Source of the DNA: a virus
DNA: 18,962 bases
UHGV virus genome: UHGV-0190812
Strand: one strand, 5' to 3'
A program made the translations under genes and the position numbers. Below, in pieces: positions 7,822 to 15,564 of this stretch. Below the pieces are notes generated by a model. It saw only the letters and a program-made list of their open reading frames with translations. It was not told the origin of the DNA and made no database searches. Within the stretch, counting starts at the first letter, position 1; the number at the start of each line of letters is the position of its first letter.

Positions 7822-8367
7822 ATGACTATGCAACCACTTACATACCAACAGACTAGCGGATTTAGCCCGACTGCGGTGATAAATCGTTCTCAAACAAAAC
7901 AGGCGCCAGGCCACGAAAAAATCCGTGATGCCGTTCGCGCCTGGTCGGCTGCAGATAATCAGGATGTTGTTGCCGCACTCATTGTGAATGAGTATCGGGA
8001 GCAGGGCGGCGGCACCATCGATTTCCCTGATGATGTCAGCCGTGCACGCCAGAAGCTGTTCCGCTTCCTCGATAACAAATTCGATTCTGAAAAATACCGA
8101 AATAACGTGCGTGAACTGACCCCGGCAATTCTGGCGGTACTACCGCTGGAATATCGCGGCCACCTGGTTGAGCAGGATAGCTACATGGCTCGGCTGGCTG
8201 AAATGGAAAAGGAACTCAGTGAGGCAAAACAGGCTGTCATTCTCAACGCACCACGCCACCAGAAACTGAAGGAGATGAGTGAAGGCATTGTGTCGATGTT
8301 TCGTGTGGACCCGGATTTGGCTGGTCCACTGATGGCGATGGTCACCACCATGCTGGGGGCAATATGA
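7822..8367 (+). CDS. YdaT-family protein in the cII position (putative lysis-lysogeny regulator)
   Basis: 181-aa ORF between cro and O. EYREQGGG and PAILAVLPLEYRGHL segments resemble Rac YdaT as recalled from memory. Stop overlaps the next ORF (ATGA). Confidence 0.6.
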   Translation: MTMQPLTYQQTSGFSPTAVINRSQTKQAPGHEKIRDAVRAWSAADNQDVVAALIVNEYREQGGGTIDFPDDVSRARQKLFRFLDNKFDSEKYRNNVRELTPAILAVLPLEYRGHLVEQDSYMARLAEMEKELSEAKQAVILNAPRHQKLKEMSEGIVSMFRVDPDLAGPLMAMVTTMLGAI

Positions 8368-8453
8368 CAGGTTCGGAAATGGCGAAAGCCGGTCTGCGCG
8401 AACAGAACCGACTTTCAGGTGCAAATCGTAACACACTCATTGCGGGAGGAATT

Positions 8454-9383
8454 ATGGCAAACACTGCTGAGATATTCAATTTTCCAGTGCCGGATGTGGC
8501 ACAAAAGGAGCGGCGCGTGGCAGATCTCGACGATGGTTATACGCGCATTGCAAATGAGTTGCTGGAAGCTGTGATGCTGGCCGGATTAACACAGCACCAG
8601 CTTCTGGTCTTCCTGGCTGTCATGCGCAAAACATATGGCTTTAATAAAAGACTGGATTGGGTGAGCAACGAGCAACTTTCCGAATTGACCGGGATATTGC
8701 CGCACAAGTGTTCTGCTGCAAAAAGCGTTCTGGTAAAGCGTGGGATTCTTATTCAGAGCGGGCGGAATATCGGCATTAATAATGTGGTCAGTGAATGGTC
8801 AACATTACCCGAATCAGGTAAGAAAAATAAAGTTTACCTGAAAGAGGTAAATTTACCTGAATCAGGTAAGAAAAGTTTACCCAAATCAGGTAAAGGCGTT
8901 TACCCGAATCAGGTAAACACAAAAGACAAACTAACAAAAGACAATATAAAACCTTTTTCGTCCGAGAATTCTGGCGAATCCTCTGACCAACCAGAAAACG
9001 ATCTTCCTGTGGTGAAACCGGATGCTGCAATTCAGAGCGGCAGCAAGTGGGGGACAGCAGAAGACCTGACCGCCGCAGAGTGGATGTTTGACATGGTGAA
9101 GACCATCGCGCCATCAGCCAGAAAACCGAATTTTGCAGGGTGGGCTAACGATATCCGCCTGATGCGTGAACGTGACGGACGTAACCACCGCGACATGTGC
9201 GTGCTGTTCCGCTGGGCATGCCAGGACAACTTCTGGTCCGGTAACGTGCTAAGTCCGGCCAAACTCCGCGACAAGTGGACCCAGCTCGAAATCAACCGAA
9301 ACAAGCAACAGGCTGGCGTGACAGCCGGCAAACCAAAACTCGACCTGACGAACACTGACTGGATTTACGGGGTGGAGCTATGA
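8454..9383 (+). CDS. O: replication initiator O (lambda O family) containing the origin iterons
   Basis: From the ATG at 8454 (GGGAGGA Shine-Dalgarno) the N-terminus MANTAEIFNFP...RVADLDDGYTRIANELLEA...LLVFLAVMRKTYGFNK parallels lambda O (MTNTAKILNF...NVADLDDGYARL...VLLAILRKTYGWNK). An in-frame upstream start at 8364 is also possible. Confidence 0.85.
   Translation: MANTAEIFNFPVPDVAQKERRVADLDDGYTRIANELLEAVMLAGLTQHQLLVFLAVMRKTYGFNKRLDWVSNEQLSELTGILPHKCSAAKSVLVKRGILIQSGRNIGINNVVSEWSTLPESGKKNKVYLKEVNLPESGKKSLPKSGKGVYPNQVNTKDKLTKDNIKPFSSENSGESSDQPENDLPVVKPDAAIQSGSKWGTAEDLTAAEWMFDMVKTIAPSARKPNFAGWANDIRLMRERDGRNHRDMCVLFRWACQDNFWSGNVLSPAKLRDKWTQLEINRNKQQAGVTAGKPKLDLTNTDWIYGVEL
8805..8917. repeat. 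ori iterons: four to five ~18-bp internally palindromic repeats TTACC(C/T)GAATCAGGTAA(G/A) followed by an A/T-rich stretch
   Basis: Copies at about 8805, 8853, 8877 and 8900 (23-24 bp or multiples apart), plus a degenerate copy at about 8834. The A/T-rich run 8917-8955 lies immediately downstream. Same architecture as the lambda origin inside O. Confidence 0.7.
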
Positions 9384-10081
9384 AAAACATCGCCGCACAG
9401 ATGGTTAACTTTGACTGTGAGCAGATGCGCCGGATCGCCAACAACATGCCGGAACAGTACGACGAAAAGCCACAGGTACAGCAGGTAGCGCAGATCATCA
9501 ACGGTGTGTTCAGCCAGTTACTGGCAACTTTCCCGGCGAGCCTGGCTAACCGTGACCAGAATGAACTGAACGAAATCCGCCGCCAGTGGGTTCTGGCTTT
9601 CCGGGAAAACGGGATCACCACAATGGAACAGGTTAACGCTGGAATGCGCGTAGCCCGTCGGCAGAATCGACCATTCCTGCCATCACCCGGGCAGTTTGTC
9701 GCCTGGTGCCGGGAAGAAGCATCTGTTAACGCCGGGCTGCCAAACGTCAGCGAGCTGGTTGATATGGTTTACGAGTATTGCCGGAAGCGTGGCCTGTATC
9801 CGGATGCAGAGTCTTATCCGTGGAAATCGAACGCGCATTACTGGTTGGTTACCAACTTGTACCAGAACATGCGGGCCAATGCGCTGACTGACGCGGAATT
9901 ACGGCGCAAGGCTGCCGATGAACTGACCTGTATGACAGCGCGAATTAACCGTGGTGAGACGATACCTGAACCAGTAAAACAACTTCCTGTTATGGGCGGT
10001 AGACCTCTAAATCGTGCACAGGCTCTGGCGAAGATCGCAGAAATCAAAGCTAAGTTTGGGCTGAAAGGAGCAAGTGTATGA
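9380..10081 (+). CDS. P: replication protein P (DnaB helicase loader)
   Basis: 233-aa translation is near-identical to lambda P as recalled (MKNIAAQMVNFD.EQMRRIANNMPEQYDEKPQVQQVAQIINGVFSQLLATFPASLANRDQNE...). Confidence 0.95.
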   Translation: MKNIAAQMVNFDCEQMRRIANNMPEQYDEKPQVQQVAQIINGVFSQLLATFPASLANRDQNELNEIRRQWVLAFRENGITTMEQVNAGMRVARRQNRPFLPSPGQFVAWCREEASVNAGLPNVSELVDMVYEYCRKRGLYPDAESYPWKSNAHYWLVTNLYQNMRANALTDAELRRKAADELTCMTARINRGETIPEPVKQLPVMGGRPLNRAQALAKIAEIKAKFGLKGASV

Positions 10082-10262
10082 CGGGCAAAGAAAGATTCTT
10101 CGTTACTTGAAGAAATACAGTGTTTATTGTTCTTTTGAGATGTTGCGAAAACAGGAATTACCACGGTAAACATTTTGTAGCTGACCCATGCATTGATGAA
10201 ATATTGTGGGTATTTAATAGAGCATAATTATCAAGTTGCGTAAGATGTGGAGTAATGGTATG

Positions 10263-10288
10263 GGCGGTGTTAGCACCGCCTTTAATTA
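10263..10288. terminator. hairpin between P and the 115-aa gene (possible weak terminator)
   Basis: GGCGGTG-TTAG-CACCGCC perfect 7-bp stem followed on the plus strand by TTTAATT; weak U-tract. Confidence 0.3.
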
Positions 10289-10633
10289 AAGCTCAGAAAG
10301 CTGTAATAATATTTTTTCTGGAGTGGTTTCGTTGGAAATGCTAAATAATACAGCACCTTTGACTGATTCATCTCTCATTTCAATTTCACATGAATTATGG
10401 TTGTATGAGATTGCATAATTTTTTAATGTTCTTTCGCTTTGCCACCACACCATATTTGCAAGACTTCCGTTATACGTTCTTATCTCGATTGATCCGGGCA
10501 GGGCTTTCCAGATAACACCTCCTAGCAATGTAAGAGCGGCTGCACCAACATTTTTTGCATGATGGTTAGAACGTTCCATTACCCCTTCAGCATAACGATG
10601 AAGAATCTCTATGTCAGTCGCTTTGATAGTCAT
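10286..10633 (-). CDS. hypothetical protein, 115 aa; reverse-oriented AT-rich moron in the ren slot
   Basis: ORF opposite in orientation to the flanking replication and nin genes, with visibly lower GC and an AT-rich upstream region (10634-10860) containing an extended -10-like TGCTATATT on the minus strand. No family recognised. Confidence 0.55.
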   Translation of the reverse strand: MTIKATDIEILHRYAEGVMERSNHHAKNVGAAALTLLGGVIWKALPGSIEIRTYNGSLANMVWWQSERTLKNYAISYNHNSCEIEMRDESVKGAVLFSISNETTPEKILLQLSEL

Positions 10634-10862
10634 GTTATTTCCATGTAATTGCTGTGTGAAACGTAGTGTTAGTTAGGTGTTAGCAGAATATAGCATCAAA
10701 GTCGAAACCGGTAGAAAAAATATTGGTGATTATTTCGCTGCATTTGGAACTGGAACAACAATGATTATTAGCATGATTGCTTTTTCCAGTCATAAGAATG
10801 AGTCGTGTTAATTTTTTCTATTCAATAGGAAATTATCATGTCATCAGAATATGAACAACTAT

Positions 10863-10960
10863 GGTGACTTCTGCGCTAAACGGGGACGTTTATGCGCACA
10901 TACAATCCAAACTCTCTTCTCCCTCCACAGATGCAGAAATACACCTGCGATTTTTTGCAT
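10863..10960. repeat. ~98-bp direct repeat, copy A (tR2-like terminator module upstream of the cassette)
   Basis: About 95% identical by eye to 13348-13446 (GGTGACTTCTGCGCTAAACGGGGACGTTTATGCGCACA...CACCTGCG-T(7)-GCAT); contains a short GC stem plus T-run. Confidence 0.8.
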
Positions 10961-11111
10961 TCGGTGTTTTTGGCAGCCAAGAACAGGGAGTCTCTGTTTG
11001 TCTGGCGGCTAAAGGTGATATGGAAATCGTGATGTCTTAGCCTAAAGTAGTTGCAACAGTTGGAGCGATTATGGTGGTAGTAGTGATCATCGCGCCCCCC
11101 ATATGCAAGGG

Positions 11112-11224
11112 TTGACGACATTATTTATCCGGCGCTATATTCTGTGCGTTGCCGCAAAATCGGCACACGGGATTGGCGTCCCGGAATACTACTCAACGCA
11201 TACCGCGTTAAGCGGTTTTTTTAT
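11112..11224 (+). promoter_or_regulatory. promoter plus ~75-nt structured leader ending in an intrinsic terminator (attenuator or small RNA) upstream of the Bro-N gene
   Basis: TTGACG (11112-11117), 18-nt spacer, TATATT (11136-11141). Downstream stem-loops TGCCG/CGGCA and CGGGA/TCCCG, then ACCGC-GTTAA-GCGGT followed by T(7) at about 11202-11222. Confidence 0.35.
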
Positions 11225-11378
11225 GCGCTAAGCACGGCTACGCCCAAATTATGGTGGGCTGTGTGAGGGCTTCTTCGGGAGCGCCGGGTTTGAGTAGCCG
11301 GTTACGCCAACCTTGCACAGTTCACCACCAGTCGATTGGCGTCGTTGGTGGTGATGGTTAACCTGATGAGGTGATACT

Positions 11379-11939
11379 ATGACTACTCAATTAGCATTCC
11401 ACAAAACGACGTTTACCCCAATTTGCCACAATAACAGAATTTGGCTTACTGCCACTGAAGTTGGTTTAGCTCTGGAATATGCGGACGATAAAGCAGTTCA
11501 GCGCATTTACTCTCGTCACTCAGATGAATTTACAGATATGATGACAAGGGTGGTCAAAGTGACCACCCCTCGTGGAATGCAGGAGTCTCGAGTATTTAGC
11601 CTTCGCGGAGCCCATTTGATCGCCATGTTTGCACGAACTCCTGTAGCCAAAGAGTTCCGCCGCTGGGTTCTGGATATTCTCGATCGAGAAGTTCAACAAT
11701 CCCCAATCATAAAACAATTCACTGATAACGAACTTTGCACACTTGCTTGGTTATGGCGAGCAGGGGATGTGATGTTAACCGCCTGCCAGAATGTTACTCC
11801 ACTTCTTCAGGTTGCGGAGCACCGCGAAGCTGGTCGCTTTACTTCTATCGGGCAAGAATATCCCCAGATACTACATAAGGCGCGCGAAATCCTTGCCAGA
11901 GAAACGGCACCATGTAAAACTCCAGCCTTGGCAGGATAA
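11379..11939 (+). CDS. Bro-N domain protein (putative antirepressor-like)
   Basis: 186-aa ORF. N-terminal FHKTTFTPICHNNRIWLTATEVGLALEY...IYSRHSDEF...VFSLRGAHLIAMFARTPVAKEFRRWVLDIL fits the Bro-N fold motif pattern of phage antirepressors. GAGGTGA Shine-Dalgarno. Confidence 0.7.
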   Translation: MTTQLAFHKTTFTPICHNNRIWLTATEVGLALEYADDKAVQRIYSRHSDEFTDMMTRVVKVTTPRGMQESRVFSLRGAHLIAMFARTPVAKEFRRWVLDILDREVQQSPIIKQFTDNELCTLAWLWRAGDVMLTACQNVTPLLQVAEHREAGRFTSIGQEYPQILHKAREILARETAPCKTPALAG

Positions 11940-12150
11940 TAAGTGGAGCAGGGTGTTGCCACATTTGCGTCAGGATAGATTGCAATAGTTTTACATATTA
12001 GGCGCTGAATGGATGCAATCAGATAGCGCACTGGGCGGCAATGATTAAGGCTTCAGATAAGCCAAGTAAGCACTGAAAAAGTTCAATGTAATCAAATTCT
12101 CTTTATGGTATTTTCGTTAGACATCTCATACGCTTAGATGGAAATTTGAA

Positions 12151-12351
12151 ATGATGTATTCAGTAACTTTCGATGAAACTGGACGAGTAGAAGATATTGA
12201 ACTAGAGCGTGAGGTTAGAGCCGGAGATAGACTCTCGCTTAATATTGATGGTCTTGATGGTATTTATATAGTCATGACTGTTAGCGGCCCTATCTATGAA
12301 AATGTTTGTGTGCCAATGAATATCCGGGTTCAAAAGTATTGGAAGCAATGA
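12151..12351 (+). CDS. hypothetical small protein (66 aa)
   Basis: ORF within the repeat-flanked cassette, followed directly by a hairpin terminator. Weak Shine-Dalgarno; no family recognised. Confidence 0.3.
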   Translation: MMYSVTFDETGRVEDIELEREVRAGDRLSLNIDGLDGIYIVMTVSGPIYENVCVPMNIRVQKYWKQ

Positions 12352-12356
12352 TGTAT

Positions 12357-12385
12357 AATCCCCTCAGATGATCGAGGGGATTTTT
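12357..12385 (+). terminator. intrinsic terminator hairpin whose 3' arm contains the Shine-Dalgarno of the next ORF
   Basis: ATCCCCTC-AGATGAT-GAGGGGAT stem (8 bp) followed by TTTTT, then the ATG at 12386; the GAGGGGA in the 3' arm is the only Shine-Dalgarno for that ORF. Confidence 0.45.
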
Positions 12386-12559
12386 ATGTCAGATTGGAAC
12401 ATTGCAGCAAAACCGCAAGAGGAACGTGACAATGTTAACTTTGACCTTGCTGCGTCTGGTGTTGCATATAAAGAACGCTCCAAAATTCTCGTCATAGCCG
12501 AAGTGGTGATGTGCCAGCAACCAGAGCATCTTTGTGATTACTTCATGGAGCGCGTCTGA
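12386..12559 (+). CDS. hypothetical small protein (57 aa)
   Basis: ATG at 12386 with GAGGGGA 5 nt upstream; the track ORF starts 18 nt earlier at 12368. No family recognised. Confidence 0.35.
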   Translation: MSDWNIAAKPQEERDNVNFDLAASGVAYKERSKILVIAEVVMCQQPEHLCDYFMERV

Positions 12560-12631
12560 CTTCTCCATTGAGCATAGCATCACCCAGCCTAAAACATCTG
12601 ACCCTAGATATATGAAACAGGAGGAAGATAA

Positions 12632-13264
12632 ATGAAATTCTCTCGAATTGAACAAAGCCCAACAACGGATGAGGGTAATTACGTGAAAATCGATCATGAC
12701 TTTGGCTATTTTCTAGATCCTAATAAAATGGCCTCGATAGCTAACTATGAGGATGAGTCTGCCGCGCTATTAAAATTGATGCTAATTCATGAGGACTTTC
12801 TTCGGGTTGTTATTGAAAACTTACGACCTGATGGCTCTGAAAAATACAATTCGATAAGAAGCTATAAGTATTTTGCGTCAAAGCTGTCTGCCGCAGTTCT
12901 GTTAGGGCTTCCTGTCTCGCTTGCAGACGCTATGGCTGAGCTCAACACAATACGTAACAAGTACGCTCATAAAATTGAATATGTAATTACAAATGAAGAG
13001 GTTGATAAACTCGCAGAATCGATTAAAAACATAAAGTTAGAAGAGATTAACCATGGTGGCTACGTGCATCAAGTTGTTGAGCCAATTCTCAAGGATGGAA
13101 TCTACGCTATAGCGTTGATGAAAGAGCTACCTCCTGATCTTGAAGAAAATCGCATTCGTATTTGTAAGTTAGTCACTAGCGCGCATTGTATGTGTTTGCT
13201 CGGGGCCTTCTGGTTAATTAACACTCTGCACGTAAAGGGTAAGCTCAAGCTTTCCAAGGCCTGA
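12632..13264 (+). CDS. hypothetical protein (210 aa) with HEPN-like Rx4H motif; candidate abortive-infection or toxin RNase
   Basis: Strong AGGAGG Shine-Dalgarno. Markedly AT-rich by eye. Contains ELNTIRNKYAHK (R-x4-H in an RN..AH context, as in HEPN families such as Abi_2 or DUF4145). The assignment is inference from this one motif. Confidence 0.6.
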   Translation: MKFSRIEQSPTTDEGNYVKIDHDFGYFLDPNKMASIANYEDESAALLKLMLIHEDFLRVVIENLRPDGSEKYNSIRSYKYFASKLSAAVLLGLPVSLADAMAELNTIRNKYAHKIEYVITNEEVDKLAESIKNIKLEEINHGGYVHQVVEPILKDGIYAIALMKELPPDLEENRIRICKLVTSAHCMCLLGAFWLINTLHVKGKLKLSKA

Positions 13265-13347
13265 GTAGATCAATCGTATCATTTTCGCAAAATTGATTCT
13301 CCGTAATCAATTCGCCATAATTGTATCACCGGAGCCTGAACAACTTC

Positions 13348-13446
13348 GGTGACTTCTGCGCTAAACGGGGACGTTTATGCGCACACACAATCCAAACTCT
13401 CTTCTCCCTTCACAGATGCAGAAATGCACCTGCGTTTTTTTGCATC
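13348..13446. repeat. ~98-bp direct repeat, copy B (tR2-like module immediately upstream of ninB)
   Basis: Near-identical to 10863-10960 with about five mismatches. Confidence 0.8.
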
Positions 13447-13474
13447 CAGCGTCTGACCTCTACGGAGGTGAAGC

Positions 13475-13930
13475 GTGAACCTCCCACAAGACGGCATCAA
13501 ATTGCATCGCGGTAACTTCACCGCTATCGGTCGGCAGATCCAGCCTTATCTGGAGGACGGCAAATGCTTTCGCATGGTGCTTAAACCGTGGCGAGAGAGA
13601 CGCAGTCTTTCCCAGAATGCACTCAGCCACATGTGGTACAGCGAAATCAGTGAATACCTCATCAGTAGGGGTAAAACGTTCGCTACTGCAGCATGGGTAA
13701 AAGATGCTCTCAAACACACATACCTCGGTTATGAAACCAAAGAACTGGTTGATGTCGTAACTGGTGAAATCACTACTATCCAGTCGTTACGTCATACTTC
13801 CGATCTTGATACCGGAGAGATGTATGTCTTCCTGTGCAAGATTGAAGCCTGGGCGATGAATATTGGCTGTCACCTGACTATTCCGCAGAGCTGCGAGTTC
13901 CAGCTGCTGCGCGACAAGCAGGAGGCGTAA
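13475..13930 (+). CDS. ninB: NinB-family recombination protein
   Basis: 151-aa ORF (GTG start in the track, GGAGG upstream). [17 protein letters not shown] resembles the lambda NinB segment RSLDQNRKLWACLGDVS as recalled; position after the tR2-like element. Confidence 0.7.
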   Translation: MNLPQDGIKLHRGNFTAIGRQIQPYLEDGKCFRMVLKPWRERRSLSQNALSHMWYSEISEYLISRGKTFATAAWVKDALKHTYLGYETKELVDVVTGEITTIQSLRHTSDLDTGEMYVFLCKIEAWAMNIGCHLTIPQSCEFQLLRDKQEA

Positions 13931-14100
13931 TGGCTACACCGCTTATTCGTGTCATGAACGGGCACATCTACAGAGTATCAAATCGTCGTAAGCGTAAGCC
14001 TGAGCTGAAACCATCCGAAATACCAACACTGCTCGGATATACCGCCAGCCTGGTTGATAAAAAATGGTTGCGACTGGCAGCAAGGAGGAATCATGGCTGA
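13930..14100 (+). CDS. ninE: NinE-like small protein
   Basis: 56-aa ORF below the track size cut-off. ATG overlaps the ninB stop (TAATG). C-terminus [24 protein letters not shown] resembles lambda NinE ([21 protein letters not shown]) as recalled. Confidence 0.45.
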   Translation: MATPLIRVMNGHIYRVSNRRKRKPELKPSEIPTLLGYTASLVDKKWLRLAARRNHG

Positions 14101-14383
14101 TTTGAGAAAAGCAGCGCGTGGTCGGGAATGCCAGGTAAGAATCCCTGGCGTATGTAATGGCAATCCTGAAACGTCAGTACTGGCACATATCCGGCTGGCT
14201 GGATTGTGCGGTACCGGTATCAAACCGCCAGACCTGATTGCCACCATTGCATGTTCTGCCTGCCACGACGAAATCGACCGTCGCACGCATTTTGTTGACG
14301 CTGGATATGCAAAAGAATGTGCGCTGGAAGGTATGGCGAGAACACAGGTTATCTGGCTGAAAGAGGGGGTAATTAAGGCGTGA
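14093..14383 (+). CDS. YbcO-like (DUF1364-type) Cys-rich nin-region protein
   Basis: 96 aa from the ATG at 14093 (AGGAGG Shine-Dalgarno); Cys cluster CQVRIPGVC...CSAC; lies between NinE-like and RusA as in the DLP12 gene order I recall. Confidence 0.55.
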   Translation: MADLRKAARGRECQVRIPGVCNGNPETSVLAHIRLAGLCGTGIKPPDLIATIACSACHDEIDRRTHFVDAGYAKECALEGMARTQVIWLKEGVIKA

Positions 14384-14748
14384 ATACTTACTGCATCACA
14401 CTACCCTGGCCGCCGAGCAATAACCGCTATTACCGCCATAATCGCGGGCGCACGCACGTCAGTGCAGAGGGGCAGGCATACCGCGATAACGTCGCCCGAA
14501 TCATTAAAAACGCAATGCTGGATATCGGCCTGGCTATGCCTGTGAAAATCCGCATTGAGTGCCACATGCCGGATCGCCGTCGCCGTGACCTGGATAATCT
14601 GCAAAAAGCCGCTTTTGACGCACTCACTAAAGCAGGTTTCTGGCTGGATGATGCTCAGGTCGTTGATTACCGCGTTGTGAAGATGCCCGTTACCAAAGGT
14701 GGGAAGCTGGAGCTGACCATCACCGAACTGGGAATGAATGATGTTTGA
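14380..14748 (+). CDS. rusA: RusA Holliday-junction resolvase
   Basis: 122-aa translation is near-identical to E. coli DLP12 RusA as recalled ([91 protein letters not shown]...). Confidence 0.9.
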   Translation: MNTYCITLPWPPSNNRYYRHNRGRTHVSAEGQAYRDNVARIIKNAMLDIGLAMPVKIRIECHMPDRRRRDLDNLQKAAFDALTKAGFWLDDAQVVDYRVVKMPVTKGGKLELTITELGMNDV

Positions 14749-14878
14749 GTCTTATATGGCAGAACGTCTTCGCCACCGCAGGATGCGCCTGCGCTTATAT
14801 CGTTTCCCCGGTTCTGTTTTGACCGATTACCGGATACTGAAGAATTACGCCAAAACACTGAAAGGAGCTGCCGCATGA
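14741..14878 (+). CDS. ylcG: YlcG-like small protein
   Basis: 45-aa ORF below the track cut-off ([45 protein letters not shown]). Overlaps the rusA stop and the Q start (ATGA). Matches DLP12 YlcG as recalled. Confidence 0.5.
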   Translation: MFESYMAERLRHRRMRLRLYRFPGSVLTDYRILKNYAKTLKGAAA

Positions 14879-15564
14879 ATACCCAATATTTACAGTATGT
14901 CCGCGAGCAACTCATTGTGGCTACTGCTGATTTGAGCGGAGCAACGAAAGGCCAGCTTGAAGCCTGGCTGGAGCATGCACAATTTGATACTGGTACATAT
15001 AAACGAAAGAAGCCGCGCATTCTGGATGAGGTAACGGGCAAGATGATTACGCTGGATAATCCGCCGATTTCCGGTAAGCAGTCGTACGCAAAAGGTTCAT
15101 CCATTGCACTGGTCAGCCAGGTTGAGTTCTCAACATCTTCATGGCGCCGCGCGGTTCTGTCTCTCGAAGAACATCAGAAAGCGTGGTTGCTGTGGAGTTA
15201 CAGTGAAAACATCAGCTTTGAATACCAGGTGGCGATCACCCAGTGGGCGTGGTCTGAATTCAGGGGGTATCTCGGCGCGAAGAGGGTGGCAGGCAAGACC
15301 ATGGAGCGCCTGAAGAAGCTGATATGGCTGGCAGCGCAGGATGTCAAAGCAGGGTTGGTCGGGAAAGATGCCTACGAATACCAGAAGCTGGCGGAACTGG
15401 TTGGCGTGGCGAAATCCACCTGGACAGAGACATACCTGCCTCACTGGTTGGCAATGCGTAGCTGCTTTATGCGACTCGATAGCGGTGCGCTTATCTCAGT
15501 AACGCGATCACGTTCACAACAAAAGGCGACAAGTTCGCACGTAAGTCTTGCAAAACCGAACTGA
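14875..15564 (+). CDS. late-gene antiterminator Q (QuuD-like)
   Basis: 229-aa ORF directly after rusA-ylcG, upstream of a candidate late promoter and the lysis cassette. Assignment by synteny and length; no motif independently verified. Confidence 0.6.
   Translation: MNTQYLQYVREQLIVATADLSGATKGQLEAWLEHAQFDTGTYKRKKPRILDEVTGKMITLDNPPISGKQSYAKGSSIALVSQVEFSTSSWRRAVLSLEEHQKAWLLWSYSENISFEYQVAITQWAWSEFRGYLGAKRVAGKTMERLKKLIWLAAQDVKAGLVGKDAYEYQKLAELVGVAKSTWTETYLPHWLAMRSCFMRLDSGALISVTRSRSQQKATSSHVSLAKPN

Noticed and set aside
7819-7833. pRE-like TTGC-N-TTGC direct repeat on the minus strand overlapping the start of the cII-slot gene
   Set aside because: The spacing is 7 nt rather than the 6 nt of lambda CII sites, and the cII-slot protein here is YdaT-like rather than lambda CII, so the resemblance may be coincidental.
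8805-8917. Regularly spaced short repeats that might be taken for a CRISPR array
   Set aside because: The repeats are 18 bp, internally palindromic, about 24 bp apart with no unique spacers, inside the O gene and followed by an A/T-rich region: replication-origin iterons, not CRISPR.
8140-9621. Minus-strand ORFs inside the cII-slot, O and P genes (8140-8436, 8788-9114, 9032-9355, 9292-9621)
   Set aside because: Antisense to genes with strong homology support; the 8788-9114 translation is driven by the iteron repeats.
10876-11121. 81-aa minus-strand ORF
   Set aside because: It spans repeat copy A and the promoter region, has a His/Cys-rich low-complexity translation and no RBS; likely spurious.
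13978-15444. Antisense ORFs across the nin/Q region (13978-14286, 14401-14604, 14430-14627, 14667-15104, 15104-15313, 15139-15444)
   Set aside because: They overlap RusA, YbcO-like and Q coding frames; RusA identity fixes the true frame.
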